A stretch of 64,000 bases of DNA, from assembly GCF_006345805.1 (NCBI RefSeq), contig NW_021831731.1, forward strand, positions 248,001 to 312,000. Direction: 5' to 3'. This DNA is from Octopus sinensis (taxonomy: Eukaryota). Below, piece after piece: positions 1 through 13,904 of the stretch. The notes below the pieces were generated by a model that saw only the letters and a list, made by a program, of their open reading frames with translations, was not told the origin of the DNA and did no database searches. Position 1 is the first letter of the stretch; every line of letters starts with the position of its first letter. The position numbers and the translations under genes were made by a program.

Positions 1-353
1 TGGTCTGAAACTAGACACTATAATGGTTCCCAACTCACTACTTTAAGATGACTGTTCTAAATAATATATATTACCTTATTTTGGTCGGAATTCGTATTAT
101 ATAAAAGGCGTCTTAGTTTATCTGGAAACGGTTTGTTAATAGTTCAAAAATGTATTCCTCGATATTTCTTGCAGAAGAAAACAAAATATTTAGGAGTATC
201 CGAATACCTGCTTCTTAATAACGGCTAAGGTTTATTACACCTAGGAGCTTAATTTTGACTTATTAGACAGGCACAAAGTGTGCACACACATGCATGTTTA
301 TATGCTAATGTATAATCAGTTCACTGAGAAAGTTCAGTTGAGATTTTCTATAG

Positions 354-467
354 CTTAGCCAGGAAAAAGGAGTGCGCCTTCGATTCACAGTTCGTCCTGA
401 CCTATTGAAACCTATACAGTTTATGGGCACCTGTAAACCAATGTCTGATGCATCTGTAGGAGTGTAG
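354..467 (+). CDS. Candidate terminal coding exon of a plus-strand gene (LSQEKGVRLRFTVRPDLLKPIQFMGTCKPMSDASVGV*)
   Basis: Acceptor TTTTCTATAG before 354 and perfect donor GTAAGT after 467. The 114 nt are open in one frame only and end in TAG. No product recognised. Confidence 0.3.
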   Translation, partial: LSQEKGVRLRFTVRPDLLKPIQFMGTCKPMSDASVGV

Positions 468-1672
468 GTAAGTAAAGGCTTGTCAGTCAGTTTGTGGACC
501 TGAAAAAGAATGTGTTCATGCGAAGGAACAGAACTGATCTAAATATATAAGCAGTAATCTTACGCGCGTTACTCTTGTACTTTGTAGACTCCTCAGCGTT
601 AAACTATCCCGTGGCATTGAAGAGGGCTCTTAACTTTGAGATAGTTTTTGTTTTGTTATAGTAACGTAATAGCCATGAAAGGAAACTAGAGATTTTGAGG
701 CCTAGAATATAACGGGAAACTACTCACATTCCTACATAATGTTTGGCTATTGTTTACCTCAAAACTGGATATTCTGGATAATTCGAGAACTTCAGTTGTC
801 AAGGGAGAAATTGTCCATTTTATTTCTTGCATATATCACAAGCAATGCTGAATGAAATGGCCCAGTACAATGCTTGTAAATTGTCCCTGTAAGATGTACA
901 CCGCAAAAACGTAAAAAAAAACAAGCACAAAAAGAAGAAAGAAAAAAACGAAAACAAAACAAGAAAGAAACCTTGAATATCAGTAAATTGATATCTGTTC
1001 TTTGTAATTCGATGGTATGTTAAGATTAAAGTCATTTTGTACAAGCTTACTATAGAAACTGAAGCGTTTTGTATTCTTAGGAAATCAATCTTTCAAGATT
1101 ATCATCACAAGATCGAGCATGCGAGATATACAAAGCAATCAACAGCAGTTTAGAATTTTCTTCATTTATAAAGGAATGATTATATACGTTTCTATAGATG
1201 TTTGATCCAAATAGCTATTGTGATTGGTTTGAACGTTAGCCTTAAGCTGTTCTATGATAAATATTTTGTCATTTTTAAAAATAACATTAATTCAGTATTC
1301 AACTTGAGCTAAAAATATTCTACATACTCCATATTGTAATATAAAATGTGGCTTGCAATAAAAAGAAACCTCTGCGCTATATCTATAGCCTTGTAATTAT
1401 AGTTAGAAGGTTAATAAACTTAATGCTTAAGGAAGTAAGTCAAGTAAATAAACGATTGTTGATTATTAAAAAAATGAACAAGCTCTCCGCTCTCTGAAAG
1501 GCTATATATAAATTGAATTTCTATATAATGTTATTCACGTAAAGATGTAATTCAGAGAGAGGTAAGCGATGAAAGACCATACTTTTGGGAATCAGGGCAG
1601 TTCTAAATCGAAGTTTACAGTGACCCACTATGCCTTGTAAAGAATTCACATTCTTATACTCCGTATTCATGC

Positions 1673-1795
1673 TCATAGAATGCATTTATTTCTGCAGCAA
1701 TTATCAAATAGGACTGTTTTTTTGATAACACAATAACCGACTTCTTGTTCCAGAAATCCAAGAATACAGTGGAATACCATGAAATGAGCTGCATC
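1673..1795 (-). CDS. Probable last coding exon of an unidentified minus-strand gene (DAAHFMVFHCILGFLEQEVGYCVIKKTVLFDNCCRNKCIL*). An alternative acceptor at 1821 gives KQCMCTHY...EHEYGV* ending at 1654
   Basis: AG acceptors precede 1795 and 1821. Both give stop-free phase-0 frames that are compatible with the exon at 2925-2987. Confidence 0.5.
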   Translation of the reverse strand, partial: DAAHFMVFHCILGFLEQEVGYCVIKKTVLFDNCCRNKCIL

Positions 1796-2924
1796 CTATA
1801 ATGAGTACACATGCATTGTTTCTGAAATTGGTTAATTTGCACGTGGTGTGTTAAAAATAGTTTTGTTCTTTACTTTTTTAAGTGGATTGACAAATATTAA
1901 ACATACACTGCTTTAGAAGCATATTAACCTTTACCTTTGTCCGTCAAATAAAATCATATTTTTAAACTTTTCTTTGCTTAATTTTCATCATAGTGTGATA
2001 TACTTTATTAATTTTAAGTGGATTAATACATATCATACAGATCAGGCTTCCCAAATGTATTGATTTGAATCCGTTAAATACAATTTAGCTATTTACTTTT
2101 CATAGTTTATTTTATATTTCAAGTATATATTTAAGCTGTCTGAAGAAAAAAAAACAAACAAACAAAACAAACAAAAAGCAAACAAAATAACCCCACGAAA
2201 AACCTCCAGAAACCCGAGTCACTTTCGGTTTCAGGCTTGCTTCTTTACTTCTTTACCTACTTTGTAACTCTAGTAACAACCGATGGCTGTGATACTAAGG
2301 CATAATGGTGAAAATCAGGCCATTTAATACTCCTTGTATAGTCTTACAATAAACTCTATATCTTAGAAAATCTAGTTAGACAAAAGCAGCTGCTACAAAG
2401 TTGTGCCACATTACAAATTTGTGAATGTGCAACTTTTCACTATCAGAACCACATATTAATTCTTTGTCGTTAACGAAGAATTCAGATCCAACCTCACTAC
2501 AAGCTTATTAACATGAAATGATCATTAGAATGTATTTGTTGATAGAATGGACAGAGAATGAACAGAAATTCTACTTTTGAATGGCTTATACATTCAAATA
2601 ACTAAACTAAATGTAGTAGTCTTCTTGTTTGTATTCAATTTCGAATTTTTCACCTCCAGTTGGGTTGGTTAAGTTTTGTTTATGGATCTTCCGAGCATGT
2701 CTTCTCTGATTAGCTTACATATACGTACATATAGATTTTCTCTTAACATGATACGACTGACACAGTATTATTACACACAGCATTATTGCCGATAAAAAAA
2801 ACTATCAGTTCTTGACTCTACTCACATCCTCTTTCACAAAACACAGACACACATACATAATGCAGCACGTGTATTTTTTATGAACTTATGAACACACACC
2901 GTAAGATCACAGCAATTTGCGTAC

Positions 2925-2987
2925 CTTGATGTCAAGTGTTGTAGTAAAGAATGTGTATCGATTTAGGCCTGTGCAGTCTCCAGCATT
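2925..2987 (-). CDS. Internal coding exon, 63 nt (NAGDCTGLNRYTFFTTTLDIK)
   Basis: Acceptor CATACTTTACAG and donor AAG|GTACGC. Phase 0 to 0, no stop. Confidence 0.55.
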
Positions 2988-3185
2988 CTGTAAAGTATGT
3001 CTAAATAGTTATTGGAGTTTTCCTTGAAACAGAACTAATGCAGAGCTAGGCACGCCCAATATATAACTATAATGACAAGTGTTATTTTATCATTAACTGA
3101 ACGATCTCTTTCCTTCTTTTGCAACTTGTTTTTCACACAGACTTTCACACGTACAAGCATACAAAAACATGTGTGTGTGGGTGTA

Positions 3186-3193
3186 AATGTATA

Positions 3194-3272
<79 letters not shown>
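3186..3272. repeat. (TA)n microsatellite
   Basis: Direct reading. Confidence 0.95.
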
Positions 3273-4049
3273 GTTAATCCAAACAAGAAAACACAAAAAA
3301 ACAAAAAACACAACAACGCGAAGACGTGGAACAAATAAAGTATTATTGGACGCTCTGGAAAGAAGGGAAGAAAGAGGGTTTAACGTTTCGAGCGGAGCTC
3401 TTCGTCGGAAACAAAGGAGAAGGAAAGATCCCGAGAAGGGAAGACAGAGGGAAAAAAATCGCCAGCGGTACTCACGAGGTCACATATATATATGTGTGTG
3501 TGTGTGCGTGCAGTACGTACATGTGTGTGCAAGTAGGTTGGTATGTAAGTGCTTACAATGTTTCAAATATTTTATATTATTCATATATTTATATACATAA
3601 AGTCTACTGCGCCTACGTAAGGAGAATAATTCTGTACAACATAGACAGCTAATGACAAATAGTAAACCGAAGAAAAGTTGGAGAATATGAATGACTCAGA
3701 ATACAATGAGTTATGAGAATTTGGAAACATCGTTTAGTTAGTCACACAACACGCATACATACAAAACACAGAAACACACACACACATACGTGTCAATATT
3801 TCAGCGTTTTATTTCCCTCATACACTAACATACATATATGTCTGTTTCATACGCATATATATGCTTATAGAATACATACAAAAATACAGACATACACACG
3901 AACACAGGTAGATACACAAACACGGATGCTAACACATGCATCGATATTAATGAATGACAGGCAGACTCACTACACGAATGCAAATTTATCCACGCACATG
4001 TATATGCTTACAGGCACACACATACATACACACATATATATTTGCATAC

Positions 4050-4138
4050 GGCAACCAATTCAGCTATCCTTAAACCCCAAGAGCAGTCTTGACCCGAACA
4101 AAGGAACTTTGTCTCTTTGTTAATGACCTGCTTGATTT
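4050..4138 (-). CDS. Internal coding exon, 89 nt (xIKQVINKETKFLCSGQDCSWGLRIAELVA)
   Basis: Acceptor TTTACCGTTTCAG and donor GCC|GTATGC. Only the phase-1 frame is open, and it ends in phase 0, matching the next exon. Confidence 0.55.
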
Positions 4139-4618
4139 CTGAAACGGTAAAAATTTAGATAAGCCTAAAGAAAATACATTCGATGCTGATAAGAAATCTA
4201 AAATTACTTCATCCACACTATAGTTTTATATTTCAACCTATAATTATTGGAACATTTGGTTACGTGACTAATTGCCCCAGTGCAAATCTTGAGAACGTGG
4301 GTTCCACAAAACCAGAAAGAACAAGCTTAATTAAAAGATTACAGATAAAAAGTTATCTAAGGCATTGTGAAAATATGAAAAATATTCTAGACGTTTAGCA
4401 TGTTGTAAGATCCACATGTGCAATGACACTCATGCTTGAACTCTTGTGCATACATGTGTGTACATGCGTACATGCGCGCATGCATACGCCCGTGCATACC
4501 TACATACGTAAATACATACGACAAGACTATCTTGTTTATGCTGCCTAAATTTCAACGAGTTTTTCTCTAGATTAGAATCCAACTTTTTCTCCATTGGTTG
4601 AAAATTAGGAAAAATGCA

Positions 4619-4620
<2 letters not shown>

Positions 4621-4685
<65 letters not shown>

Positions 4686-4780
4686 TTATATATAATATTC
4701 TCATGATGTTTATCTCTAGTAATTGCAGAACAAGGATCATTGGGAATGAGAGAGTGAAATAGATAGATAAATAGGTAGAG

Positions 4781-4825
<45 letters not shown>

Positions 4826-4826
4826 T

Positions 4827-4877
<51 letters not shown>

Positions 4878-4895
4878 GATAGATAGATAGATAGA
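4621..4895. repeat. (CA)n (4621-4684) and (AGAT)n (~4760-4895) microsatellites
   Basis: Direct reading. Confidence 0.95.
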
Positions 4896-5133
4896 TGGAC
4901 AGATATAGAGGATATCAAACATAGTATTCTCAACCCAGCAACTTGTTTCTTGTAATATATGTGGACAAAAATAAAATTCACGCACTTTGTCACCATACAC
5001 ATGTCCATAACACACTCGAACGCATTCAGGTATACATAAGTATAAATAAATATGTTTCGATCAAGGATTGTCTACCTTAATAGCACCACCTGATAGGATA
5101 ATCTAAATCCTTTTCAAGTCAAGTTTTGTGGTA

Positions 5134-5530
5134 TCATGGTCCACTCGAGTAGGGAGTTGAGTGAGTTGTATCCAGGTATAGGTGGCGTATCTGGTATTCC
5201 TTGAAAAAATTTGTCCAGATTCCGTTTAAAGGTGATAGGGTCCTTTTCCTCTTTGATCTGTTTTGCGACAAGTTAAATAGGGCAGGGCCTGTTGAAGAAA
5301 AGAAATTGTGTTGCAGTGTATTTAGGCATTGTGATCCTGAATTGGGCAAGGCACGTATGGCACATGGACCTAGCCTCAGATGAATCTTGAAGCTAATGTT
5401 GAGGTCATTTGAGAAATGCTGGCGGTACATTCTCCACATCGTACAAATGATGTACCGCTTGCGGCGGCGCTGGAGAGAGTAGAATTTTAATATTTTAAGG
5501 CGGTCGCAGTAATCGAAATCAGGCATGCCC
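5134..5530 (-). mobile_element. CR1-group LINE 3' fragment (RT C-terminus)
   Basis: Translation LKILKFYSLQRRRKRYII...STGPALFN..., then in a shifted frame FKRNLDKFFQGIPDTPPIPGY. This is a typical CR1/L2-group C-terminus, homologous to 28190-28690. Confidence 0.8.
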
Positions 5531-5601
5531 TTATATACACATACATACATTCATACATACAAAAACAAAAAAGACACTGCGAGGATGTGGTACATGCAAA
5601 A

Positions 5602-5882
<281 letters not shown>

Positions 5883-5904
5883 AGGTATATACTTATGTAT
5901 ACTC

Positions 5905-6302
5905 TTTTACTCTTTTACTTGTTTCAGTCATTTGACTGTGGCCATGCTGGAGTACCGCCTTTAATCGAGCAACTCGACCCCGGGACTTATTCTTTGTAAG
6001 CCCAGTACTTATTCTATCGGTCTCTTTGCCGAACCGCTAACTGACGGGGACATAAACACACCAGCATCGGTTGTCAAGTAATGCTAGGGGGACAAACACA
6101 GACACACAAACATACACACACATACATATATATATATATACATATATACGACAGGCTTCTTTCAGTTTCCGTCTACCAAATCCACTCACAAGGCATTGGT
6201 CGGCCCGAGGCTATAGCAGAAGATACTTGCCCAAGATGCCACGCAGTGGGACTGAACCCGGAACCATGTGGTTGGTAAGCAAGCTACTTACCACACAGCC
6301 AT
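5905..6302 (-). mobile_element. tRNA-derived SINE, family B (CORE-like block, internal microsatellite, GAGTAAAA-type tail)
   Basis: The minus strand begins GGCTGTGTGGTAAG...GGTTCAGTCCC (A/B boxes) followed by a CORE-like CTTGGGCAAGT. A second copy lies at 15290-15715. Confidence 0.85.
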
Positions 6303-6340
6303 TCCTGCGCCTATATACTCATATACTCATATATATATAT

Positions 6341-6416
<76 letters not shown>

Positions 6417-6954
6417 ATATATATACATATATATATAGTAGATAGATATAGGTATATACATATATACATAATATACGCTTGTTTGTCATCATGTATTAAC
6501 ATAGACTTCTAATAAATATATTCAATAACTGTTAAGAAAATGAAAGTCGTAATGAGATAAAAACAAACAAAAACAAAACAAAATTTAAAAAAAACAAACC
6601 TTTAGCTGGTTGAAATTGATATAGAAGGAATTGGAAAAGACACGGAAAACAAATTAATATGTATTTATTAACACATTGCTACTAAGCTTTTGCGAGCCAG
6701 TTGTAGGACACAAGGGAAATAACTGAGGATGTGTTGTGCCGAAACTGCTTTCTGACTGATTTCTGAGTAGTTTTCTATGAGATGCGAAGAAGCTTCGAGG
6801 TGGGATAATGATGATGATCTTCTTGATGATAATGATGGTGTTGTTGAAGAATAGCATAGCATAGCATAGATGATGTGGAGTAAAAGAAAACGAAATATGA
6901 GCAGAATAGTAAATAAAAAGGAATAGGTGTTTTGATATTAAAAGAAAAGTTGCC

Positions 6955-6955
6955 G

Positions 6956-7048
<93 letters not shown>

Positions 7049-7050
7049 AA

Positions 7051-7147
<97 letters not shown>

Positions 7148-7768
7148 TGGACAGAGAGAGAAACGGAGAGAGGGAGGGAGAAAAAGAGAGAGAAACAGAC
7201 AGGGCTACAAAAAGACAGATTGATATAGTGAGCGTGAATGTCAAACACACTGTCTCCCTTCCTGGCACATATACACACGTATAAAACACGCACACAGCAT
7301 ATACACACAGCGCGCTCACACACGCAGAGGCACACGTACACACATGCGCGCACGGACGCACGCACGCACGCACACATACATAGACATACGCTCACATACA
7401 AATACATGGACAAGAAAGAAATACGCAACAACACATGGAGAATATTAGAAGTAGGGAGAGCGAAATGTTTCAATATTTGTCTGCTTATATTCACGTTTGT
7501 GAATGATAGAGTTGTGTTGAGTGAATGTGTTTAGGAAGCAAGTGGAATGCAAATTTGGGTGTTAGAGGACAAATTCTACGCGTAGAGAGAGAGAGAGAGA
7601 CAGAGAATAGAGAGAGAGGAAGAGAGAAAACGAAAGAAGAGAGGGAGAGAGAGAGAGAGACTGAGAAAGATGGAGAGAGAGAGAGGGAGGGAGAGTAAGG
7701 AAGTGGGAGAAAGGATTTCCATGGAGTGTTTTGCAAAGTATGTTACTGTGTACATGCAGACATATATG

Positions 7769-7808
<40 letters not shown>

Positions 7809-8153
7809 TAGGTATGTATATACATTTGTATGTAGGTTTGCATGAAGGTGTATATATACGTATATAAATACATACATGCAAAGCTATACACAGTTACACA
7901 GACACAGTCACAGACAGACACACACACACACACTTGTATGCAAGTATATACATACATAATTTTAAATCTATCTATCTATTTATCTATTTATCTATTTATT
8001 CATGCTATATTTACGAATATCTCCAAGCATGTATGTATATAAATACGTATATATGTACATATTTGCATATATACATACATACATACACATATATGTATAT
8101 ATATATATATATTTATATGCATATGCATATATATGTGTGTGTATATATATATT

Positions 8154-8206
<53 letters not shown>

Positions 8207-8604
8207 GTTTATATATAATTGAGTGTAGTATACAAGGCGTTGTTTACGTATGCAATGGAATATTTATATGAGCACAACCATAAATATCTGTATATTTAAT
8301 ATATGTATATATGCAGACATATATTATTCAGTCATATAACATATTCATAGGAACACATAGGCACACAGTCGCTCTCTTACCTGTGCGCGCATAAAAGGTC
8401 ACAAAATTGCCTTCTGAATATCATTAACCTGGGATATATTTATGTATATATATATATTTATACATATGTTTATATATATATCTATCTATTACATAGTTTT
8501 ACTAGATATACTTAGTAAGTATGTGTGCGAAAATTAGTGAGTATAATATGTATACATATATAAATATATGTATATATATATATATGTATATATAGATATA
8601 TATC

Positions 8605-8639
<35 letters not shown>

Positions 8640-8784
8640 TATATATATAAATAAATAAATATATATATATGCATATATATAAAACATATATAAAACATAT
8701 ATACATATACATACATACATATATATACACACTCATATTTATATAAATATATGTATATAAATATATCTATATATACAAAGATAT

Positions 8785-8815
<31 letters not shown>

Positions 8816-9741
8816 TACATATATACACATATATCTATATATATATATATATATACACATATTCATATATATATATACATATATATATATATAAATATAT
8901 ATATAAATGCATATATATATATACATATAATTATATATATATATTGTCATGTATATACATATGTATATATATATATATACATACATGCATACATATATAT
9001 ATACATGTATGTTTATACATACATATATATATATATGTATAGATACAGAAATGTATTATGTTTATTGCATTTATACATTTTATATATCAATATAATAATT
9101 TAATTATATATATATATGTATGTATATATATATGTATATATACATGCATACATACATACATGTTAGATATGTAGGTAAGTGTATATATGTATATCTATAT
9201 ATATATATTTATTCATTTATATATTTACACACGCGCATAGACACATGTATATACTAACGCAAAGTTTTGTACACATGGATGTATACACAGCCTATTTAAA
9301 GAGCTAGTAGGTATATAGGATATATGTGATACATTATACACAGACTCACTTGCGTACATTTTAACACCAATACATGTACATAAATATGTCATACTTATAT
9401 GTATACATACATTTATACATACATATGTAGTCATACTTATACATATGTATGCCGAGAAAGTGGTGAGAATATATATTGTATAATGCTTAAAGTTTCACAG
9501 CTATATACCTAATAAATACATACGTGCATGCATAGACATACATACAAAAATACATGTAGACACACACACACACACACACACATATATATGTATATATATG
9601 CATACATCTATTCAGAAATACACATATAAAAACACTCATATATACATATATCTATTTACACACACGTGCATATGCATCCAATATATAGGCATATATTTTG
9701 GATATATTCTTGTAAGTACATATGTATGTATATATGTATGC

Positions 9742-9772
<31 letters not shown>

Positions 9773-10002
9773 TTGATAAATGTGTACATGTATATATATA
9801 CATATATATATATATATATTATATATATATATACATATATACATATACATATACATATATACATATCTATACATACATACATGTATACATATATATATAT
9901 ACATATATATATATATACATACATATATATATATATATACACACATATATATATATACACACATACATAATTGTATTATTCTTGTTGCTTTTTCCTTGGC
10001 AC

Positions 10003-10058
<56 letters not shown>

Positions 10059-10672
10059 ATATAAAAAAACTCCAACAAATTTTTCTAACATTTCTTTCAT
10101 CTGATATACCACACATCCATTCGTCAAATGTATCTACGAAAAGAATGTAGAAACAATAGATGATTTCTTATTGCGATAAAGTCACTGTGGATCCTCACAA
10201 GTTCCGCCTTCTCTCATCCACTCTCTTCATCATTATCTTCTTCATTTCTTCTTCTTCCTCGTCATTCTCTTCTCTAGTCCTTTCTTCTACTTTTTCCTAT
10301 CAATCTACATATTAGTGTCTACTTCTCTCTGTCCTCTGTTGATTTCTTATCTCGTCTATATTAGTTGATTATTTTCGGAAAGGTAATGTTTATTAAACAA
10401 TTCTTATCATCTTTACCCGTTCCATTCCCCCCTCTCTGTTTCTCTCTCGTTCTTTTCCTCCCTTCCCCCTCTCTCTCTCTCTCTCAGATTCTTTCTATCT
10501 TTCAGTTTCTTCCTTACTCTCAGTTTCTTTCTCTTAGCAGTTCCTTCTCTGTATTATCTTTACGACTCTCTATCTCTCTCTCATGTATACTATATCACCT
10601 TTTCATTTTTCTCTATGGTAGTAAGATATTTTTGAAGTTATCTCATTTACCGTATGAAGATTTATACATGCA

Positions 10673-10707
<35 letters not shown>

Positions 10708-10738
10708 GCATGTGTGTATATATATATATATTTATATA

Positions 10739-10818
<80 letters not shown>

Positions 10819-11626
10819 AAGAAATCAAAGAAACTAGAAAAAAATAACTAAAATAATATAAAAAAAAGCTCCTAGAGATAATAGAAATTTGTATTTTCAA
10901 CCCTATATAACGCCTAAAAATTTATGGTTGGTGAAGAAAACAGATAGAATACTAGATACTAGATGTAGACACTCATGCACTACCCCTTCCACTTATGAAC
11001 AAAAACGGCCACACACATATGCACGCATACACACACATACACAGTAGGATACCCATAGAAACATAAATAAAATGCATATAAAAATGCGAACATTAAGGAG
11101 GCACAGTATTTACCTATAAGAGTGTATTCATGTATTTAATGTATGTATGCATACACAAACATGTATGTATATATGTATGCACGCAGCCATTTTAATGTAT
11201 GCATATATACATGAACATACATGGCAATGCGCCGGCTTCTCATAAGGGAGTAAATTGTATATACAAGCATACATGCATTTATACATATATAGTTATGCAC
11301 AGTCCACAATGATATACATATTTTTGCAGGAGTATATATGTTCAATGTTATGTAAGCACAGGGATACATAAGAACACATATATGCATGCAAATATGTATA
11401 TAAACATATTTATATAGATATACACACTATACATATATTATATAAAAATATATATTTATAGAATGTATATGTGTATAAATATTTTTATATGCAAATATAT
11501 ATTTTACACATTTATACATAAACACATGTATATGATAATATATACGTGTATACGTGTATATATGCGTAGTAGATATGTAAATATGTATATGTATGTATAC
11601 ATGCATATGTTTATAAAATACATATG

Positions 11627-11667
<41 letters not shown>

Positions 11668-11833
11668 TATATATCACATATATTATTTTACAGATTAATA
11701 TATTTAAAATATATGCATTAATATATGTGTTTGTGTTTGATTGTGTGTATATGATAATACATATACGTGTGCGTGTGTTTTTATACCTATGTATATATGT
11801 ATATGTCTATGTATATGTATATGTATATGTATG

Positions 11834-11918
<85 letters not shown>

Positions 11919-12260
11919 ATATATATGTATATATAAATACATATATATTTATATATATGTATATATATACATATATATGTGTATATATATAAATACATAT
12001 AGATTGTATGTATATATATATGTATGCATATATATATATATATACATATAAATACATATATATGTCTGTATATATATAATATATATGTATATATATACAC
12101 ACATATATATATGTATATACATATACACATATATATATATGTATATATATATTTATATATATCTATATATAATATATATCATTACATACATCCTCACATA
12201 CACATATGCACTCACAGTCGCACACACATTCATACATAAACACAAACACACATGTAAAAT
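6955..12260. repeat. About 5-kb field of degenerate (TA)n/(TAYA)n/(GA)n/(CA)n simple repeats
   Basis: Direct reading. It accounts for dozens of YI/CV/SL ORF-track artefacts. Confidence 0.9.
8381..8413 (-). CDS. Candidate 33-nt exon (xGNFVTFYART)
   Basis: Strong donor CAG|GTAAGA and weak acceptor TATTCAG. Phase 1 to 1 joins in frame to exon 4050-4138. Confidence 0.3.
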
Positions 12261-12325
12261 ATATACTTGAAGATATCTCTGCATAAAAATTTGAAGATAC
12301 TGACATTTTGCATAAACACACATAC

Positions 12326-12403
12326 CCTTTGAAATAAACACACATAGAAGAGACAGAAAACAAAATTGTGTAGAATTTCCTTCTCTATGTCTTTATCCTC
12401 TTC
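12326..12403 (-). CDS. Candidate 78-nt exon (EEDKDIEKEILHNFVFCLFYVCLFQR)
   Basis: Acceptor ATCTTTTTTACAG and donor AGG|GTATGT. Only phase 0 is open. The link to downstream exons is not established. Confidence 0.25.
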
Positions 12404-12904
12404 CTGTAAAAAAGATAGCCCCCCACTACATGTACATATATCATGTGGATGTGACGTCATCTACCTACACATATTTTTAGCGCATTATTACTGTTTTAGC
12501 GATGAAAATGGCGGTCAAACACGATAGAGCGTTTAATACAGCTAAATGTTAAAAACAAATAGCTGTAATTTATGGCTATCCATTTTGCTACCAACACCCT
12601 ACCCTTCTAATATCAACTGAAGACGGGAAAATTAACAAACCGCGCAAAAGAAAGAAATATCCGTGCAAACACAAATGCAAGACTGCTGCAATGAATTTTG
12701 CCCTTGAACCATACACTAACATCCAATTGAAACCTCTTAACTATACTAAATCTCTGCACTGCACAACCGCCCATATATACTAGTGAGTGACATAAACATT
12801 TGTGTTATTTTCGGGTAAGTTTGTTTGACTGAACCACCATTGTTTTAAAGCACAAAATGAAATGTGCCCTTTCTAGAAACATAAAAAAGTACCCCCTTCG
12901 GTCA

Positions 12905-13202
12905 TGAATGACCATGGGATTGCACCTAGAAAGTTACCCTCCGAGGAACAAGTCTGGACAAGTTGTTTATAGAAGGCCAACAGTCGCCCATGCATACCAG
13001 CCTTCTGTCTACACGCCACCGATATTATTCAAGGAAAAGGCAAAGGCCGATACAGCTGGGCTGCAGTCACACCGCAACTCATTTCTGCAGCTGAATGAAA
13101 TAAAATCTCTTGCTCAAGAACACAACAAACAACCCGGTCTGAGAATCGAACTCATTACCTCATGATTGTGCGCCCGACGCTCTAACCACTGAATCATACG
13201 CC
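12905..13202 (-). mobile_element. tRNA-derived SINE, family C
   Basis: Minus-strand head GGGCGTATGATTCAGTGGTTAGAGCG...GAGTTCGATTCTC, then a CORE-like GTGTTCTTGAGCAAG. Confidence 0.75.
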
Positions 13203-13249
13203 CACACATAACTGGAAACATACAAACACTAAAATGTACGTACATATTC

Positions 13250-13380
13250 TTTTCTACACTAGGCACAAGGCCCGAAATCTTTGGGGAGGAGGCCAGTCGA
13301 TTAGATCGACCCCTAAACGCCACTGGTACTTAATTTATCGACCCCGAAAGGATGAAAGGCAAAGTCGACCTCGGCGGAAT
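13250..13380 (-). mobile_element. SINE family A, 3' part
   Basis: Matches the other family A copies (GTCGATTAGATCGACCCC...GAAAGGCAAAGTCGACCTCGGCGGAAT). Confidence 0.85.
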
Positions 13381-13399
13381 GTACGTACATATTTAAACA

Positions 13400-13900
13400 T
13401 GTATATATTAACCTATGGAAAGGGGAACAATCTATTATTAGTCTTGTTTGATCAGAGTGTTCCACATCTCATGCTATTTGCGCGGGGACCTCTACGCAGT
13501 CGCTTGAACTAATAGAAATAACCAAATTTTCTTCAAATCACATTCTCTTATAAAAAGGAAATATAAATCATATAATGTCTACCTTGATAGCCCTAAAAGA
13601 AGTGATAGTCATGGCTGGAATGCTTTTAATCATATGTCTGCTCGATTAAGATTCACTTGGGGTTAATCAATAATAACAACAACAACTTGCTAATATCCAA
13701 ACCTAGAAAGAAGTTCCTACGTGATCACTTGACATTCTGGAAATAGCAGCCAGATCTCTTTCAGACCCTGTCCTACCGCCTTTAAAAGGAAACATGAAGG
13801 ACACATTAAACAAAGCAGTTCCCCAATATAGAAATTAACGAAATGGTCACGACACAAAGCTTTTGGTCATAAGTCTACTCTGGGAATAAACAACAACAGC
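13400..13900 (+). mobile_element. Two degenerate tandem SINE-like 3' bodies ending GGGG...AAYAACAAC
   Basis: About 13495-13685 and 13735-13900 resemble each other, and a reverse copy lies at ~46785-46910. Confidence 0.5.
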
Positions 13901-13904
13901 AACA

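Noticed and set aside
1673-1700. CaaX prenylation motif in ...NKCIL*
   Set aside because: The Cys is third from the end, not fourth, so it is not a canonical CaaX.
1673-2987. Resemblance of YTFFTTTLD...VFHCI to the G-alpha12/13 C-terminal motif
   Set aside because: The upstream exon lacks the NKxD region, and the match is too short to assign a symbol.
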